Positions 12,018-25,574 of a DNA stretch of 64,000 nt are shown here, in pieces. Source of the DNA: Octopus sinensis (taxonomy: Eukaryota). The stretch lies in NCBI RefSeq assembly GCF_006345805.1, contig NC_043000.1, forward strand, positions 130,572,001-130,636,000. The letters are read 5' to 3'. Position numbers and translations under genes: made by a program. The notes under the pieces were generated by a model. The model saw nothing but the letters and a program-made list of their open reading frames with translations, had not been told where the DNA came from and ran no database searches. The stretch's first letter is position 1; each line of letters opens with the position of its first letter.

Positions 12018-13085
12018 TCAGTAGTTTTATTTTTATAGCGTGCTTTCACTTCACTACCGAGCGCAGCTCTGTGTGCCTTGGGTATGTGCTGTGATTTGTT
12101 GTGATGCTCTGATGGTTATTGTATGGAAGTGTTCTGCGTAGGATGTGTGCAGTGCCTAGTAGTGCAATTTTCTGTATGTTATATGTGTTTGTAAGTCCTG
12201 GTGTTTTTTTGTTATGTATTTGTCTGAATATTTTTTATCATGCCTAATGCACCTACTATGATAGGAATTGTTTCTGTTTACAGGTTCCACATTCTAGTTA
12301 CCTCTATTTCCAGGTCTTTGTATTTTGAGAGTTTCTCCATTTCTTTTAGAGACACGTTGTCATCAGCCGGTATTGATACATCAATTAGAAAGCATTTTTT
12401 TTCTTCATGATCTCTGACAACTATATCTGGTCTGTTGGCCTTAATTTCTCTATCTGTGTGTATCGGCATATCCCAGAGTATGGTTGCTTTCTCGTTTTCT
12501 GTGACCTTTTCTGGTGTGTGCCTATACCATCTTTTTTCTGTTGTTATTCCATAATGTTGGCATAGCTTCCAATGTATGTAGGTTCCAACTCTGTCATGTC
12601 TGTGAATATATTCCTTCTTAGCCAGGACTGGGCAGCTAGAGATAATATGATTTATTGTTTCTTGTCCATCTCCACATATTCTGCAGTTACTTGTAATATT
12701 TCTTTTCATTACATGTTTTTGGTAATTTCTGGTGGGGAGGCTTTGGTCTTGTGCTGCAATTAAAAATCCCTCTGTTTTTGCTTTGAGTCCTGAGCTTCTC
12801 AACCATTGCTGGGATTTTTCTTTGTCTATTTCTTTTGCGTTTAGTTTAGTACAGTATTTACCATGAAGGGGCTTTCTTGCCATCGTTTTATCATGGCTCG
12901 TTGCTGTTCTATTTTTAGTTTGGATTTCATTTGTTTTATAGCTTTTGTTGTTTCTTCATCATCTTCTTCTTCTTCTTTGTGTTTATTAGGTGGTATGATT
13001 TCTTGTTTGTATTGTCATTCCTTAATCCTGGAGAACAGTTTTTTGTTTGCTCGTGTTTTGCTGCTATCTGGATCAGTTTTCCTTC
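12018..13085 (-). mobile_element. R4/Dong-type LINE 3' portion (CCHC knuckle, restriction-like endonuclease, 3' UTR)
   Basis: ORF 12278-12883 contains CRICGDGQETINHIISSC, HRHDRVG and NRPDIVV...IDVSIP...EKLSKY (PD-D/ExK REL domain). The 3' end runs directly into (AAT)n. Confidence 0.9.
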
Positions 13086-13098
13086 TTATTATTATTAT

Positions 13099-13475
13099 TG
13101 AGTGACGAGCATGCCATCAATGTGACACTTGGGTAAATCGAAGCCCATATACCCAGACTACCCTCTGATAAGGTACACCAGCACATGCATCATTGTGCGC
13201 GACATTGATTTCATATCAGATAAACAGCACATGACCTTGCTGTGGAGCCCATTTAAATTTTCTTCAATCGAGTATCCCGCTCATCCCTAATAGGGTTGTT
13301 TAAGGACGTTAACGAAACACCCATGTTTCCAGATTATTCATTTCTCATTGGCTATGATACTTTCTGCCGTGATCAGAGATGCACATATCGTCAGCCACTA
13401 TCTAACTGGTTAAGGTCAAACAACTGACAAGCAAATCTGTGGTATTGAGCTATTTTGCTGTATCTTTTATACCAA

Positions 13476-13476
<1 letters not shown>
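13099..13476 (-). mobile_element. Deleted copy of the 9081-9630 element
   Basis: Shared blocks GCCATCAA, GATAAGGTACACCA, TGCCGTGATCAGAGAT and CTGGTTAAGGTCA. Flanked by ATT repeats. Confidence 0.65.
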
Positions 13477-13512
<36 letters not shown>

Positions 13513-13749
13513 TATATTATTATTATTATAATTATTATTATTATTGTTATTATTATTATTATTATTGTTGTTGTTATTATTATTATTGTGTTTGTTGTTG
13601 TTGTTGCTGCTGCTATTATTATTATTATCGTCATCATTATTATTATTTGAAGTGAAATAGATTGGGCCTCTCATTTAGTGTTTAGCTGGTCAAAGCAACT
13701 TGAAGATCCATTGGCTTTAGAATATAAATCACCTCCCTGAGTGAAGACA

Positions 13750-13980
13750 CGTGTCCTACTGGTTTGAGTATTGCATCTCCGATCGTAAGGTCGTAGTTTT
13801 GATTCCTGGTGGTGTGTTGTGCTCTTGAGCAAAACCCTTCATTTCATGTTCTCTTAGCTGCGAAAGAGTTCCAGCAGTAACTGGAAAGTTGACTCTGCGA
13901 CGGACCTGCATCTCATTCGTGGTGGATGGGACTTGTTCTAATTTAAATCCGTTATACGCCAAGGAAACCGGGCTACGTTT
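13750..13980 (+). mobile_element. Degenerate tRNA-derived SINE family D
   Basis: GATCGTAAGGTCGTAGTTTTGATTCCTGG followed by GTGTTGTGCTCTTGAGCAAAAC. Matches the copy at 20336. Confidence 0.6.
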
Positions 13981-16943
13981 GACTCAGAAGAATTAAGACA
14001 CGGAATGCTAGTTGCTTTGTCAATGCTAATTACGTTTTTATTGTAGGATGAAGTGAATCAGTAGGATTCCTTAGGATGGAAGATCATATGATATCGCAAC
14101 ATAGAAATACGGAAATACGTAGCATGCGGCACATTAGTGTTTTATTGACACACGATCCATTATTCTAATAATGTTTTATCGAACAATTACAAAAACTAAT
14201 TAGTTTCGTTCCTTGCATTTATTAATCAAATTATTAAGCAATTGGTGTTCTGATATCAATTTATAAACTATGTTTGAGAAATTATTACATCTGAAGATAT
14301 GCGTGGCTTGTGATTACAGTGTCACGGTTTCGATTCTTAACATATTCGTATCAACACTGGTTTAAACGTTTAAGAAAGTCATAAGCATTACACTCTCCCT
14401 AAAATATCAAAATAGGACCCGATCGATGGACCAATAGATAAAAGAAATACTAAAACACTTAACCAAGCTCTTAAACTCTTTCATGTTAATTCGAAATTTC
14501 GCGAACTCTTCCTTGCTTCTATATGGCCAAAACAAGAAACGGTGATATAATCATGATGCAATTTTGAACATTAAACATATTGGAATTGTACATGTTAATA
14601 AGATTGGATTTGATACTTTTAATATTGGATGCGTTGATGATATTGGAAACGATCATGTGAATATTAACGAAAACTTTTAATAGACACACGATTCATTATA
14701 GCTTTATTAACATATCAGATAAAGCGATTACACTTGCTAATATAAGTCTTTGTAGTAAATTACTGTTTGCTGAAAATACATGTATCGTTTCAATATATGT
14801 TGAAATAGTTTATCTTCTATTCTATGAAGCAATTCTTTGCCACCGAAGTAATGAAGATGTTTGGACAAAACTAAACAAGGATTGGTTTGCTTAATATTCT
14901 ATTCAAATAACATTCTTATTAACGGATGAAAGTTAAGGATCCCAATTGTCAATGATAGGTTTATTGATCACATCTCTCCCAGTAATAACAAACAAGTTCA
15001 TTAGTCAACAACTGTTTTCCTTTTGCCAATAATAGCAGTAAGACTAGCATTTATTTCTTCTACAATATTTGCTTGAAACCATACTGGATTACAATCAATA
15101 CTGCGTCAAGATCGTGCATGCTTCCTAAGATAAGGTTAGTAATCGCAAGAAAATTTATATGGAAATATCAGTATAACAAATACTAGATAATTTTCTATAA
15201 TAAGCTGCATACAATTATCTTTATACATTATGTACGACATATTAAGCTTAACCTTGTCATGAATCTTCTCATAATAGATGCACTTGTTACTTTTAAACCA
15301 TTGTAAACAAGTGACTATTTAACAATGTAAAGCACCAGTTCATCGCTTTCTGAACAGGATCACTTTCGTCACAATATCCAATTAGACAAAGAAAAACATT
15401 TGATCTTAAACGGAAAGCTACGTAGCCCCAGAAATATACACGATGTTGCATAGTTGGAAAACATTTCCTGAAACGCTCTTTAATTCACAAATTGTCTTTT
15501 GCAGAAAATGCACACACTCATGCACAAACGTGCACATACACGCACATATACAGAATAATAATGTGTTAAAATAGAAATACAGGTTTGTTTCGTTTGCTTT
15601 CATTAGTGTAATTTCAGTCTATTCAAAAGAAAACAAGATTTGGGTGCACAGCACAACGTAGGGGTTGACGAATTGTTCGGAGATTTACATTGTCGAAATA
15701 CAAACCTTTTCCATAAAACAATTACAACTGAACGAGTATGCTGTTTTGCATTTTCCCTTTTTGTGTTTCTTAAGCAAATATCAACTATGAATGGATGCTA
15801 CAATTGAATCTATGATATTATACGGTAATGTTTCAAAAATAAAACGTTTGCGGTGGATATCAGTACACCAACATTTCAATTAGTTTAAAAGAACATGAAT
15901 ATGGTTTTTATTCATGGGGTCTCTTTGTTTCTGGAGTTGTAGCTATTTACGGAGACAATATCAAATCTTTCTGCAATGCAGGAAGGGATGCTTGAATCTC
16001 AACTAAAGATGGGTGAACAAAACATCGATAATACGTGAATAGGAATGAAAACAGCATTGAAAATGTTGTTGATGTTTACCCCGAAGGTTAATTCTTGTTG
16101 AGCAAACCTAACATTAATTATTGTCCAGTGTTAACCATTCCATTGTGTTATGGGTGTTTAGGACTGCTTTATACCACGTATCCTTTCATCTTTTAAGGTT
16201 AATATATGTAATTTGAGAATGATGTTACTTCTACATATAGCAGGTCGAGTGACGATGTACAGTCTCCCTCGTTAGCCATATGACACTGAAAGGACAATAT
16301 TGTATAGTAAGGTATTTCTTTCCCTAACTCCCAAAACTGTTCTCACAGAAAAAAAAAACAGCTCTTCTGCTTGCTTTCCATAACGATATTAAATAATTCT
16401 TTTCTTTTAATTTAATGGAAATCATTGAAGCACTAGATAAGCTCTTATTGAGGAAGCATACGACATACCGAGCACGACCTTCCCCTCTTTCTTTTACAAG
16501 CAGTATGTATTCAGGGCTGCATGATATAGTGTCCATTGATCCTTTTAAAGTAACAATTCAATGTAATTTCAGACGGTAACTCGAGCTCCAGCACATCGCC
16601 TCCTTTGTTTGGCTTGATTGTTGTCTTGAGTAGTATAAAGACACTAAAATTTATGTAGATAATAAAATATGATACTTTTTTCTTGTTCCTCCGTTACATG
16701 TCCCGTCCGTAACGTTTCCAGGTAATTAGTTGAGGAGGGGATGGGAGGGGTGTGAGAGGTGGTGGTGAGTGAAATGTATAACTGAAATATCTTATAATAA
16801 TTATGTTTGTTGCTCCGTTGCATAGCTCTTCTGTAACGCGTTCACGTGATTAGCTGAAGGGAAAAGCGAAGAGCGAAATAAAACGGAGGGAGAGAAAGAG
16901 GGTAACGCGAGGAGTGACAGTGATAGAGGGAGAGTGCTCTCAC

Positions 16944-17358
16944 TACTCTCTTTACTCTTTTACTTGTTTCAGTCATTTGACTGTGGCCATGCTGGAGCAC
17001 CGCCTTTAGTCGAGCAAATTGACCCCCGGAATTATTTTAGTAAGCCTAGTACTTATTCTATCGGTCTCTTTTGCCGAACCGCTAAGTTACGGGGACGTAA
17101 ACACACCAGGATCGGTTGTCAAGCGACATTGGGGGAACAAACACAGATACACAAACGTATACACACACATACATATATATATATATACATATATATAACG
17201 GGCTTTTTTCAGTTTCCGTCTACCAAATCCACTGACAAGGCTTTGGTCGGCCCGAGGCTATAGTAGAAGACACTTGCCCAAGGTGCCACGCAGTGGGACT
17301 GAACCTGAAACCATGCGGTTCATAAGCAACCTACTTACCATACAGCCACTCCTACGCC
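16944..17358 (-). mobile_element. tRNA-derived SINE family B with an internal microsatellite
   Basis: Head GGCGTAGGAGTGGCTGTATGGTAAG, B box GGTTCAGTCCC, CORE-like CCTTGGGCAAGTGTC, internal (TA/TG)n, and tail GGCGGTGCTCCAGCATGGCC...GAAACAAGTAAAAG. Confidence 0.85.
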
Positions 17359-19097
17359 TATAGTGGATGAATTATTAAGTTGATAAAATTGTGCATAAAG
17401 TATATAAGGTGTATATATAAAGTCTATTAAGTAATCATCGTATTCAAATTTCTTTCACATTTCAATGATGAGTAGATGTGTGACTTTATTTTGCCGCTTT
17501 CATATATTTTGGATAAAATTTTCAGAAATAACCCAATAAGTTTACTATTAATTCCGTGAAATATTCACGGGTCCTGCTAGCATTTATTATTACTATTATC
17601 AGCCCAAGGCTAATCAAACTATATGCACAGTCATTCAAGATTTAGCTCATCATAATACTCGTAATTGTATATTTAGTTTTAGTTTATCTTTCTATGACCC
17701 TAATGTCACTCCAATTTTAATGCTTCACTGTACTCGTACTCACACTCCAGTTTTAGGACGTCACGATACTTGTACAGTCATTGTTGCGATATATAGTGTT
17801 TCCTCTTCCCCGTTTATGTAGTCTTAACAACTGTATCTCTTTGATCTCTAGCAACTTAATTGCATTCGTGTAGTAACATAGGCCATAATACCCAATAGCA
17901 ACAACAAAGATGATAAGATAGTTTGAACATTACACTATTTCTAAAAAGAAAACTGTATGTCGCATTATTACTAAATATTTATACCAATGATTTACAGTAA
18001 CGTTTGGCAATCCTTTGATTATATTATCCTTTATTTCTTCTGAAAATGGACGGCAAAATTCTGGATGCGTATGATTTTAAAATCATCTTACGTAAGGCTT
18101 TCATATCGTCATGTGTTTATACATTCCATGTAAATGACAGAAAAACTATAATCCCAACGAAATGTTGCCATTTTCGCTATTTATTTCAGAATTACTATAT
18201 TGTACAACCGCCGTCGGGTTAACTCATGACAATTGTGTGAATGTGCCTTAGATATAAAACAGCTACTTTATCGCTAGTTGAAAGAGATAACTTTTACACG
18301 GTTCCGTTCAAATGATCAACAATAGGATGGACGTTAACATTAGTATCACCACTATGACAACTACAGTGATGAACGCGTCAGGTGTAATAAATGATATTGA
18401 ATCAATCTACGTCTCTAATCGACGTTTTCGTAATCTAGACTACACAAGTATTCTAACCAAAAGATAAATACTGACTTGTTGACATAGCTGTCCAGGAGCT
18501 GCCACACGGCCAGATACAGAGGCTGGTCAAATATTGAAGCAAATATCAACAGAAGCGTCCCACAAAATACTAAATACCTCAACCAAAAGACCGTTTGTGT
18601 CAATAAATTGCAGACAATGATGTTTGGCTGTGTACAAACGTTAGAGGGGGAAAAGAATTCGCTAGAAGGCCAGTTTACATGTTACACAATCACATATGTA
18701 AACATCAAGTAAACTCGCACGCACACACGCACACACGCGTGTGTGGATGGAATTGACAATGTTCGTAAGATAAGTGGTACGGATAAACCGTTAGTATGCT
18801 GAGTTTGTGACAGGATTTCGATTCTTGATTGACCCTATTTTATTTTATTAAGTGTCACTATCGTCTTACGAAGACATCAAAATTGACAAAGCGGTAAAAA
18901 TATGCCTTCTGATATATAGCCACACTTCGGTGCTACTTTAGCGTGCGGTCTACTGCAGTATCCTTTCTACGCTGTGAAATTACTTTTAGCGCGCGGTCTA
19001 CCTTTTCTTTCCCTCATAACCTGAGTTAATTTTAACTATTATAATACTGTTAAAGGATTTCTATAGACGTAGAATTTTTACAGAGGAAACAGCAGTT

Positions 19098-19670
19098 GTG
19101 TTTTTACAAGAAAACAATCTCCTGGATACATCACAAGAAGCAGAACCTTGTCATCGATGTGGCAGCGTCATGCAAGAACAACGAAAACGTGACAGAAGTG
19201 GAGAATACCGGCCTATATTTCGCTGTCCTCGAAAAGGGTGTCAAACTTCACGTTCTATTCGAAAGGTAACCGTTTTGTTGTTGTTTTTCATTATACGGAC
19301 ATCAAACAATAAGTTGCACTGCAATTTGAGTTTGTGCGAGATTGTGGAGCTGGTGTTCTTTATCGTAATGGATTTACCCCTGAATAAAGCGGTGACTCTA
19401 ACAGGAAAGTCTTCCAGTACGGTAAATGACTGGTATGACATGCGCAGAGAGGTGTGTGGAACCAACGCTTCTCATCGTTAACGGGGTAAGATGGTTGGAA
19501 CAAACAACAGCACCATTGAAACTGACGTGGCAAGATTTCTTGGTCGACGGAAAAGCAATCGTGGGAGACCGCAAAATGGCGACAATGCTCCTCTTGCTCA
19601 AGAAGGTTACGTAGAGTTACGTAGATGTACAAAATAACAGGAATCATGGATGTAGAATTGATGGTCCTAG
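19098..19670 (+). pseudogene. Merlin/IS1595-family transposase fragment (Zn ribbon plus first catalytic block)
   Basis: CHRCGSVM...FRCPRKGC, TVNDWYDMRREVC, and after an in-frame stop GKMVG...IETDVARFLGRRKSNRGR (compare the family motif VEIDES..RKYNRGR). The C-terminal part is missing. Confidence 0.8.
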
Positions 19671-19770
19671 GAGTGAGCTCTTCCAGTCACACATTGATCA
19701 ATTTTGCTAAAGTGTAAAAAGGTAAGAAAAGGTAGACTACACGCTAAAAGTAATTTCACAGCGTAGACGG

Positions 19771-20129
19771 GATACTGTGGTAGACCGCACGCTAAAGTAA
19801 GACACTACGGTAGACCGCACTCTAAAGTAAGACACTACGGTAGACCGCACGCTAAAGTAAGACACTACGGTAGACGGCACGCTAAAGTAAGACACTACGG
19901 TAGACCGCACGCTAAAGTAAGACACTACGGTAGACCGCACGCTAAAGTAAGACACTACGGTAAACCGTACGCTAAAGTAAGACACTACGGTAGACCGCAC
20001 GCTAAAGTAAGACACTACGGTAGACCGCACGCTAAAGTAAGACACTACGGTAGACCGCACGCTAAAGTAAGACACTACGGTAGACCGCACGCTACAGTAA
20101 GACACTAAGGTAGACCACACTCTAAGTAG
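19771..20129. repeat. 30-bp tandem array, about 12 units, inside the Merlin right TIR
   Basis: Unit GACACTACGGTAGACCGCACGCTAAAGTAA repeated head-to-tail with no spacers. Confidence 0.97.
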
Positions 20130-20335
20130 CACCCACAGTTCTTTCCGTCTTGCGTTCAAATCACAACGTGGACGTACATTTTACCCTCTCATTATTTGGG
20201 AGTCGATAAAATATAGTACAAGCTAGATACCTGTTAAGTACCAAGAGCTATCTACCTGAATATATCCTCCATTAAGATTGGGGATGTTGCATTGTTGTTA
20301 GAAATCAATATTATACATCGATGATGAGCAACGTG

Positions 20336-20582
20336 GAGGCTCGTGGCTTAGTGGTTAGAGTGTTAAATTCATGATCGTAAGGTTGTGGTTTCGATTCCTG
20401 GACCGGGCGATGCGTTGTGTTTTGAACAAAACACTTCATTTTCATGTTGCTCCAGTCCACTCAGCTGGTAAAATTGAGTAATCCTGCGATGGACCGGCGT
20501 CCCGTCCAGGTGGGGAATTTCTACGCCACTGAAACCGGGAGACCTGCCCTTATGAGCCTGGCATGGCTCGAGAAGGAACATT
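20336..20582 (+). mobile_element. tRNA-derived SINE family D
   Basis: A box TGGCTTAGTGG, B box GGTTTCGATTCC, body GTTGCTCCAGTCCACTCAGCTG, and tail CCTGCGATGGACCGGCGTCCCGTCCAGG. Confidence 0.85.
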
Positions 20583-21004
20583 TATGTTTTTGTTTTTTTG
20601 TATTTTATGAAGAGCAGCAACAAGCAGAATCGTTAACACACCCTGCAGAGCAGTTAGCAGCAATTCATCCATCTTTACGTTTTGAATTCAAATTCCGCCA
20701 AGGTCAACTTTGCCTTTCTTCCTTTCGGAGTCAATAAAATAAGTAGCAGTCTGGCATAGCGTTCGATGTAATCGGCTAATCCTTTCTCATGAACTTGCTT
20801 GCCTTGAGGAAAAATTTGAAACCAATATTGTACATCTTAGAGGGTGCTATATTAACCGTCAGGCAAATACTGGGGTAAATTGAATCGACAATACCAACCA
20901 CAGAGTGTATGGTCTTTTACTTAAGTTACACATAAATAATATAAATATCAAAATTTTATCAAAACAAAGCATTTCTGCAAAACGAAAATAAAGATACGAA
21001 TAAA

Positions 21005-21399
21005 GGCGCGGGAGGGGCTGCGTGGTAAGTAGCTTGCTTACCAACCACGTGGTTCTGGGTTCACTTCCACTGCGTGGCACCTTGGACAAGTGTCTTCTAC
21101 TAGCCTCGGGCCGACCAAAGCCTTGTGAGTGGATTTGGTAGATGGAAACTGAAAGAAGCCCGTCGTATATGTGTATAGTGTGTGTGTGTGTGGTGTGTGT
21201 GTGTGTGTGAGAGAGAGACTCGCCCCAGCATCGCCTGACAACCGATGCTGGTGTGTTTATGTCCCCATAACTTAGCGGTCGGCCAAAAGAAACCGATAGA
21301 ATAAGTACTAGGTTTACAAAGAATAAGTCCTGGGGTCGATTTGCTCGACTAAAGGCGGTGCTCCAGCATAGCCGCAGTCAAATGACTGAAACAAGTGAA
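21005..21399 (+). mobile_element. SINE family B
   Basis: Collinear with the copies at 16944-17358 and 28489-28928. Contains an internal (TG)n. Confidence 0.85.
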
Positions 21400-21756
21400 G
21401 CATTGTTGTGGAAAATTGGGTGCGTTTATGTCGTATGTCGAGCGTTATTTAACTTGGTGAAGCTCGTTGATTCCTACGTATTAAACATAGGAAGTAAACA
21501 CTGAACTATAAGCTAGTGAAACATTCGCCAATTCTACAGCGCTGTCACGGGAACAGGCCATTCTTAATATGTGGAGCACATTTACTGTCAAATCGATTGC
21601 AGCGTGTGTTATAAAGTACCATACGTGTGAGCGTATGTGTGTGCGCGCGCGTGCGTGCTTTTAACGTGCGTGTGTGCATGTGCAGTGTGTGGTATGGATT
21701 GTTTTGAAGAAGGTGTGATAGGCAGGCCAATGAAATGCTTCACTTCTACATTCACA

Positions 21757-21801
<45 letters not shown>

Positions 21802-21812
21802 ACACATAAATA

Positions 21813-23099
21813 CAGGGTGAGGCAGAGAGGACAGACGTTTTTGAAATGCATATTACTCAGCCACAGGGGAAGGGACATATGCCCGACAAGTACAATTCGA
21901 TCCATGGTGTCTTAGCATTTCTTTTTCTTTACAGATGATGCCATGTGTTTGCCTACGATAGTTACGTGAAGAATAACGAGTCTGTCACACCAGTTCAGCG
22001 TGAGATTTGGCGCCACTTCAACGGTTATCAAAATCAGTCTGTTCCTACCCGCAACACGATTCTACGTTGGGTGAATGCACTTCGTACACGAGGTACGCTA
22101 ATAAATAGGAGACTGGTGGGAGCGCCATGAACGGTACGGATCATGGAAAATGTGGAATGCATTATACAAGCTTCGATATGGAGTTCGAATCGCTCTGTTC
22201 GGAGACATTCCACTGAATTTGACATCTGTAATCGATCGCTAGGTTATATTTTGCATGAAGACCTGCATTTCCACTCGTACAAATTGGTCATTAGATAGCA
22301 GTTGAGACCATGGGATTATGCACACCGGCTTAACTTCGCACGTCAGATGGAAGCCGTTTTTGAGGCAAATGACAACCTCATTTAGTTCAGTGGCATGGTA
22401 AATCAACAGAACTGTCGTTATTGGGCTCCTGAAAATAAGAGAGAAGTGTACGAAAGACCACTACAGAGCCCAAAAGTGACGGTCTGATGTGCTGTTGGAA
22501 AAGTTGCCGTCATTGGTAACCTAATTTTTTTAAGACAGTAATGGAAATGCCGTTTCTGTGAACTCCGAGCGTTACATCGAGAAAATAAACAACTTCTTTG
22601 TGTCTGAATTACGACGGAAACATATGCCTATACAACGTGTGTGGTTTCAGCAGGAAGGGACAACGGCCCATACAGCCACAGCATCAATGGACGTTTTTTG
22701 CTCTCTCTTCGGTGACCGCCTCATTTCCAGGTTTGCTGACATTCCTTGCCCCCCACCACCCTCGGTCCCCTGATTTGTTTATGCTTGATGATTTCTTGTG
22801 GGGAAACCTCAAGGCACATGAGTATGCGCATAAGCCCCGTAAATTGAAGGAAGCTATTCTAGTGGAAGTCGCCCAAATCGATAGAGCCATGTTGGAGAGA
22901 ATGGAGACCAACTTCCAAGAACGCTTTCAGAAATGCATCAATGAAAACGGACACCACATGATGGATGTTGTTTTCCACACTTGATTTTGACATGTGATAA
23001 TTCAATACAAAAGCATCGATGTCAATAAAATTTGCTTATAGCTAGAATTAAGGATTTTGTGTATTTTTCAAAAACGCCCATCCTCTCTGTCCCACCCTG
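21813..23099 (+). mobile_element. Tc1/mariner-superfamily element (DD41D/rosa-like), near full length, decayed transposase
   Basis: TA TSDs at 21811-12 and 23100-01. TIR CAGGGTGAGGCAGAGAGGACAGACGTTTTTGAAA with its inverted copy. Motifs ESVTPVQREIWRHF...PTRNTILRWV, VNQQNCRYW, WFQQ(E)G..AHT and PRSPDL...DFLWG, with about 41 residues between the 2nd and 3rd catalytic positions when read across a frameshift. Confidence 0.88.
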
Positions 23100-23269
23100 T
23101 ACATACATACATTCTTACATTAAAATCATTATAAGAATGCATTTTTTCTTTATGATAGTGTTTGTTTCGAATGGAGATTAAGCTGCTATTTCTAGAAGCT
23201 CAAGCAACTAGATTGGTCTGCTATCTACACGGCCACTTGCAGCCCTTCGGATCAATATATTTATTATGT

Positions 23270-23901
23270 TTCACTCGGCAAATCGACTTTCTCTCCTTAT
23301 ATCTGCTATTCTATTTCCTGATCTCCCACTTTCACTAGCTTACCCTATTTTATTATTCACTTTAATCCCTCTCACTTTTACTTCCTCTCTTACATTCCCC
23401 CTCTCTTTCTCTTACCCTTCTCTTTCTCCACCTCTCTCTCCCTCTTACTGCTAGCAATCTCCTTCCTCTCTCGCGTCCTCTCTCTCACTCACTTTCTCCA
23501 ACTTTATATTCTATCTTTTTATTTTCCTGTTCTCTGATCATCTTTTTTTTTTATTTTCTCGTTCCCTCTTTTTCATTTTCATTCCTCTCCGTTTCCGCTT
23601 CCTTTTATTTTCGTCTATATATCTTTCTAGCTTACCTTCTGTGTTCTCTCTCTCGTTCTCTTTTTCCATTACCTTCTTTCTCTCCACCTCTGTCTCCCTC
23701 TTACTGTTGGCACTCTCCTTCTTCCTATCTCTTGTTCTCTTTCTCCTTCACTTTCTCCATCTTTATATTCTTATATATTTCCGTATTTTCCTCTTCTATG
23801 ACCATCTACTGTTTTTCTCATTCCGTCTTTGTTCTTTCCTTCCTCTCCGTCTTCGCTTCCCCTTATTTCCTTCTATATATCTTTCTAGCTTACCTTTTGT
23901 G

Positions 23902-23975
<74 letters not shown>

Positions 23976-24050
23976 TATTTTTTCAGTTCCTTCGTTGTTT
24001 CCTTTCACCCTCTTCTTTGTTTAATCGCATTTTCCTCTCTGTCCACCTCC
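23270..24050. repeat. CT-rich low-complexity tract with an internal ~258-bp degenerate tandem duplication and (CT)n
   Basis: TCTATATATCTTTCTAGCTTACCTT.TGTGTTCTCTCT occurs at about 23614 and about 23872. Confidence 0.75.
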
Positions 24051-24429
24051 TTTCAATTGATAGTTAATCTTTCTTTCAGATTTTTATTACATTCTCATTA
24101 CTTTTGTACTTTCTCACAAGCTAAGCAGTGCTTGTTCTCTTTATGTACTTTTCCCCCCATTTTCTTCATTGTTTTATTTTGTGCTATTGTTTCTTTTTTC
24201 TTATTTCCTTTTGTGTCTTTTGTCTCCCCATGTCTAACATTTGTTTTAGCTCAGTATTGTACAACTGACACACGCAAGCTGACACATTGTTACACACACA
24301 CATACACACACACAAGTCCCCCAAACAATAACACACACATAGACATACTGCCTACTCACACACATATAAACAAATATATGTGTACCTGTTAGTATTCCTA
24401 TATATTTCTCTATACATAGACACACATAC

Positions 24430-24471
24430 GTATATATACTTATTATATATATATATATAATATATATATAT

Positions 24472-24502
<31 letters not shown>

Positions 24503-24626
24503 ATATATATACCACACACAAACATACATATATATATATATATATATAATATATATACATATATATATATATATTATATATATATAATATACATATATAT
24601 ATATATAAACATATATATATATATAC

Positions 24627-24679
<53 letters not shown>

Positions 24680-24684
24680 CATTC

Positions 24685-24715
<31 letters not shown>

Positions 24716-25221
24716 ATGTCTGTGTATATATATATGTGAACCTTTGCGACCAAGTCTGTTTCATTTATACAATGATCGATCGGCCATGTTAAGAAAACGC
24801 AGTCCGTTCACTTTACAACACAAGTCCGTCCGCCTAAGCTAATGTTTCTCTTCAAAGTCTATTGTACCAACCTAATTGGTTTATTTGTTGGTTAGCTTCT
24901 TATACTTTTATTAGTTTATTTCCCTAAACAATACCACTCCCATTCCATTTGGAGAAGGACTATGTAACTGAGTACTGCCTGTTGCTGTGTGTAGGACTCT
25001 ATATCTGTGTTTATGTGTAAGTTGCCGTGTGATTGGGTTTGTGGGCGTTTACGTGGATGTATGTGTGCATGTCTGATGTATACGTGCATAAGATTCTGCA
25101 TGCGTGTATATATGTGTGTTACTGCGTCTGTGAGCCGTTAAGTGTATAATTTTGTAAGTGTATGTGTAAAGATAGATAGACAGATAGATAGATATAGATA
25201 TAGATATAGATAGATAGATAT

Positions 25222-25276
<55 letters not shown>

Positions 25277-25279
25277 TAG

Positions 25280-25340
<61 letters not shown>

Positions 25341-25503
25341 TAGATAAAGAGATAGGTAGGTAGGTAGGTAGGTAGGTAGGTAAGTAGATAGATAGATAGA
25401 TAGATAGATACATACATACATACATACATACATACATAGGTTGATAGTTAGGTGGGTAGAGAGGTAGGTAGAGAAAGAGAGATAGAGAGAGAGTAAAACA
25501 GAC

Positions 25504-25574
<71 letters not shown>

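Larger units (their letters stand above)
18929..20133 (+). mobile_element. Merlin (IS1016/IS1595-like) DNA transposon, internally deleted
   Basis: TIRs GGTGCTACTT...AAGTAGCACC, with an 8-bp TSD CACACTTC (18921-28) / CACAGTTC (20134-41) matching at 7 of 8 positions. A transposase remnant lies inside. Confidence 0.88.

Noticed and set aside
19771-20129. CRISPR-like 30-bp repeat array and the 140-aa ORF at 19737-20159
   Set aside because: The units are contiguous with no unique spacers, there are no cas genes, and the context is eukaryotic. The array is part of a Merlin TIR and the ORF is just its translation.
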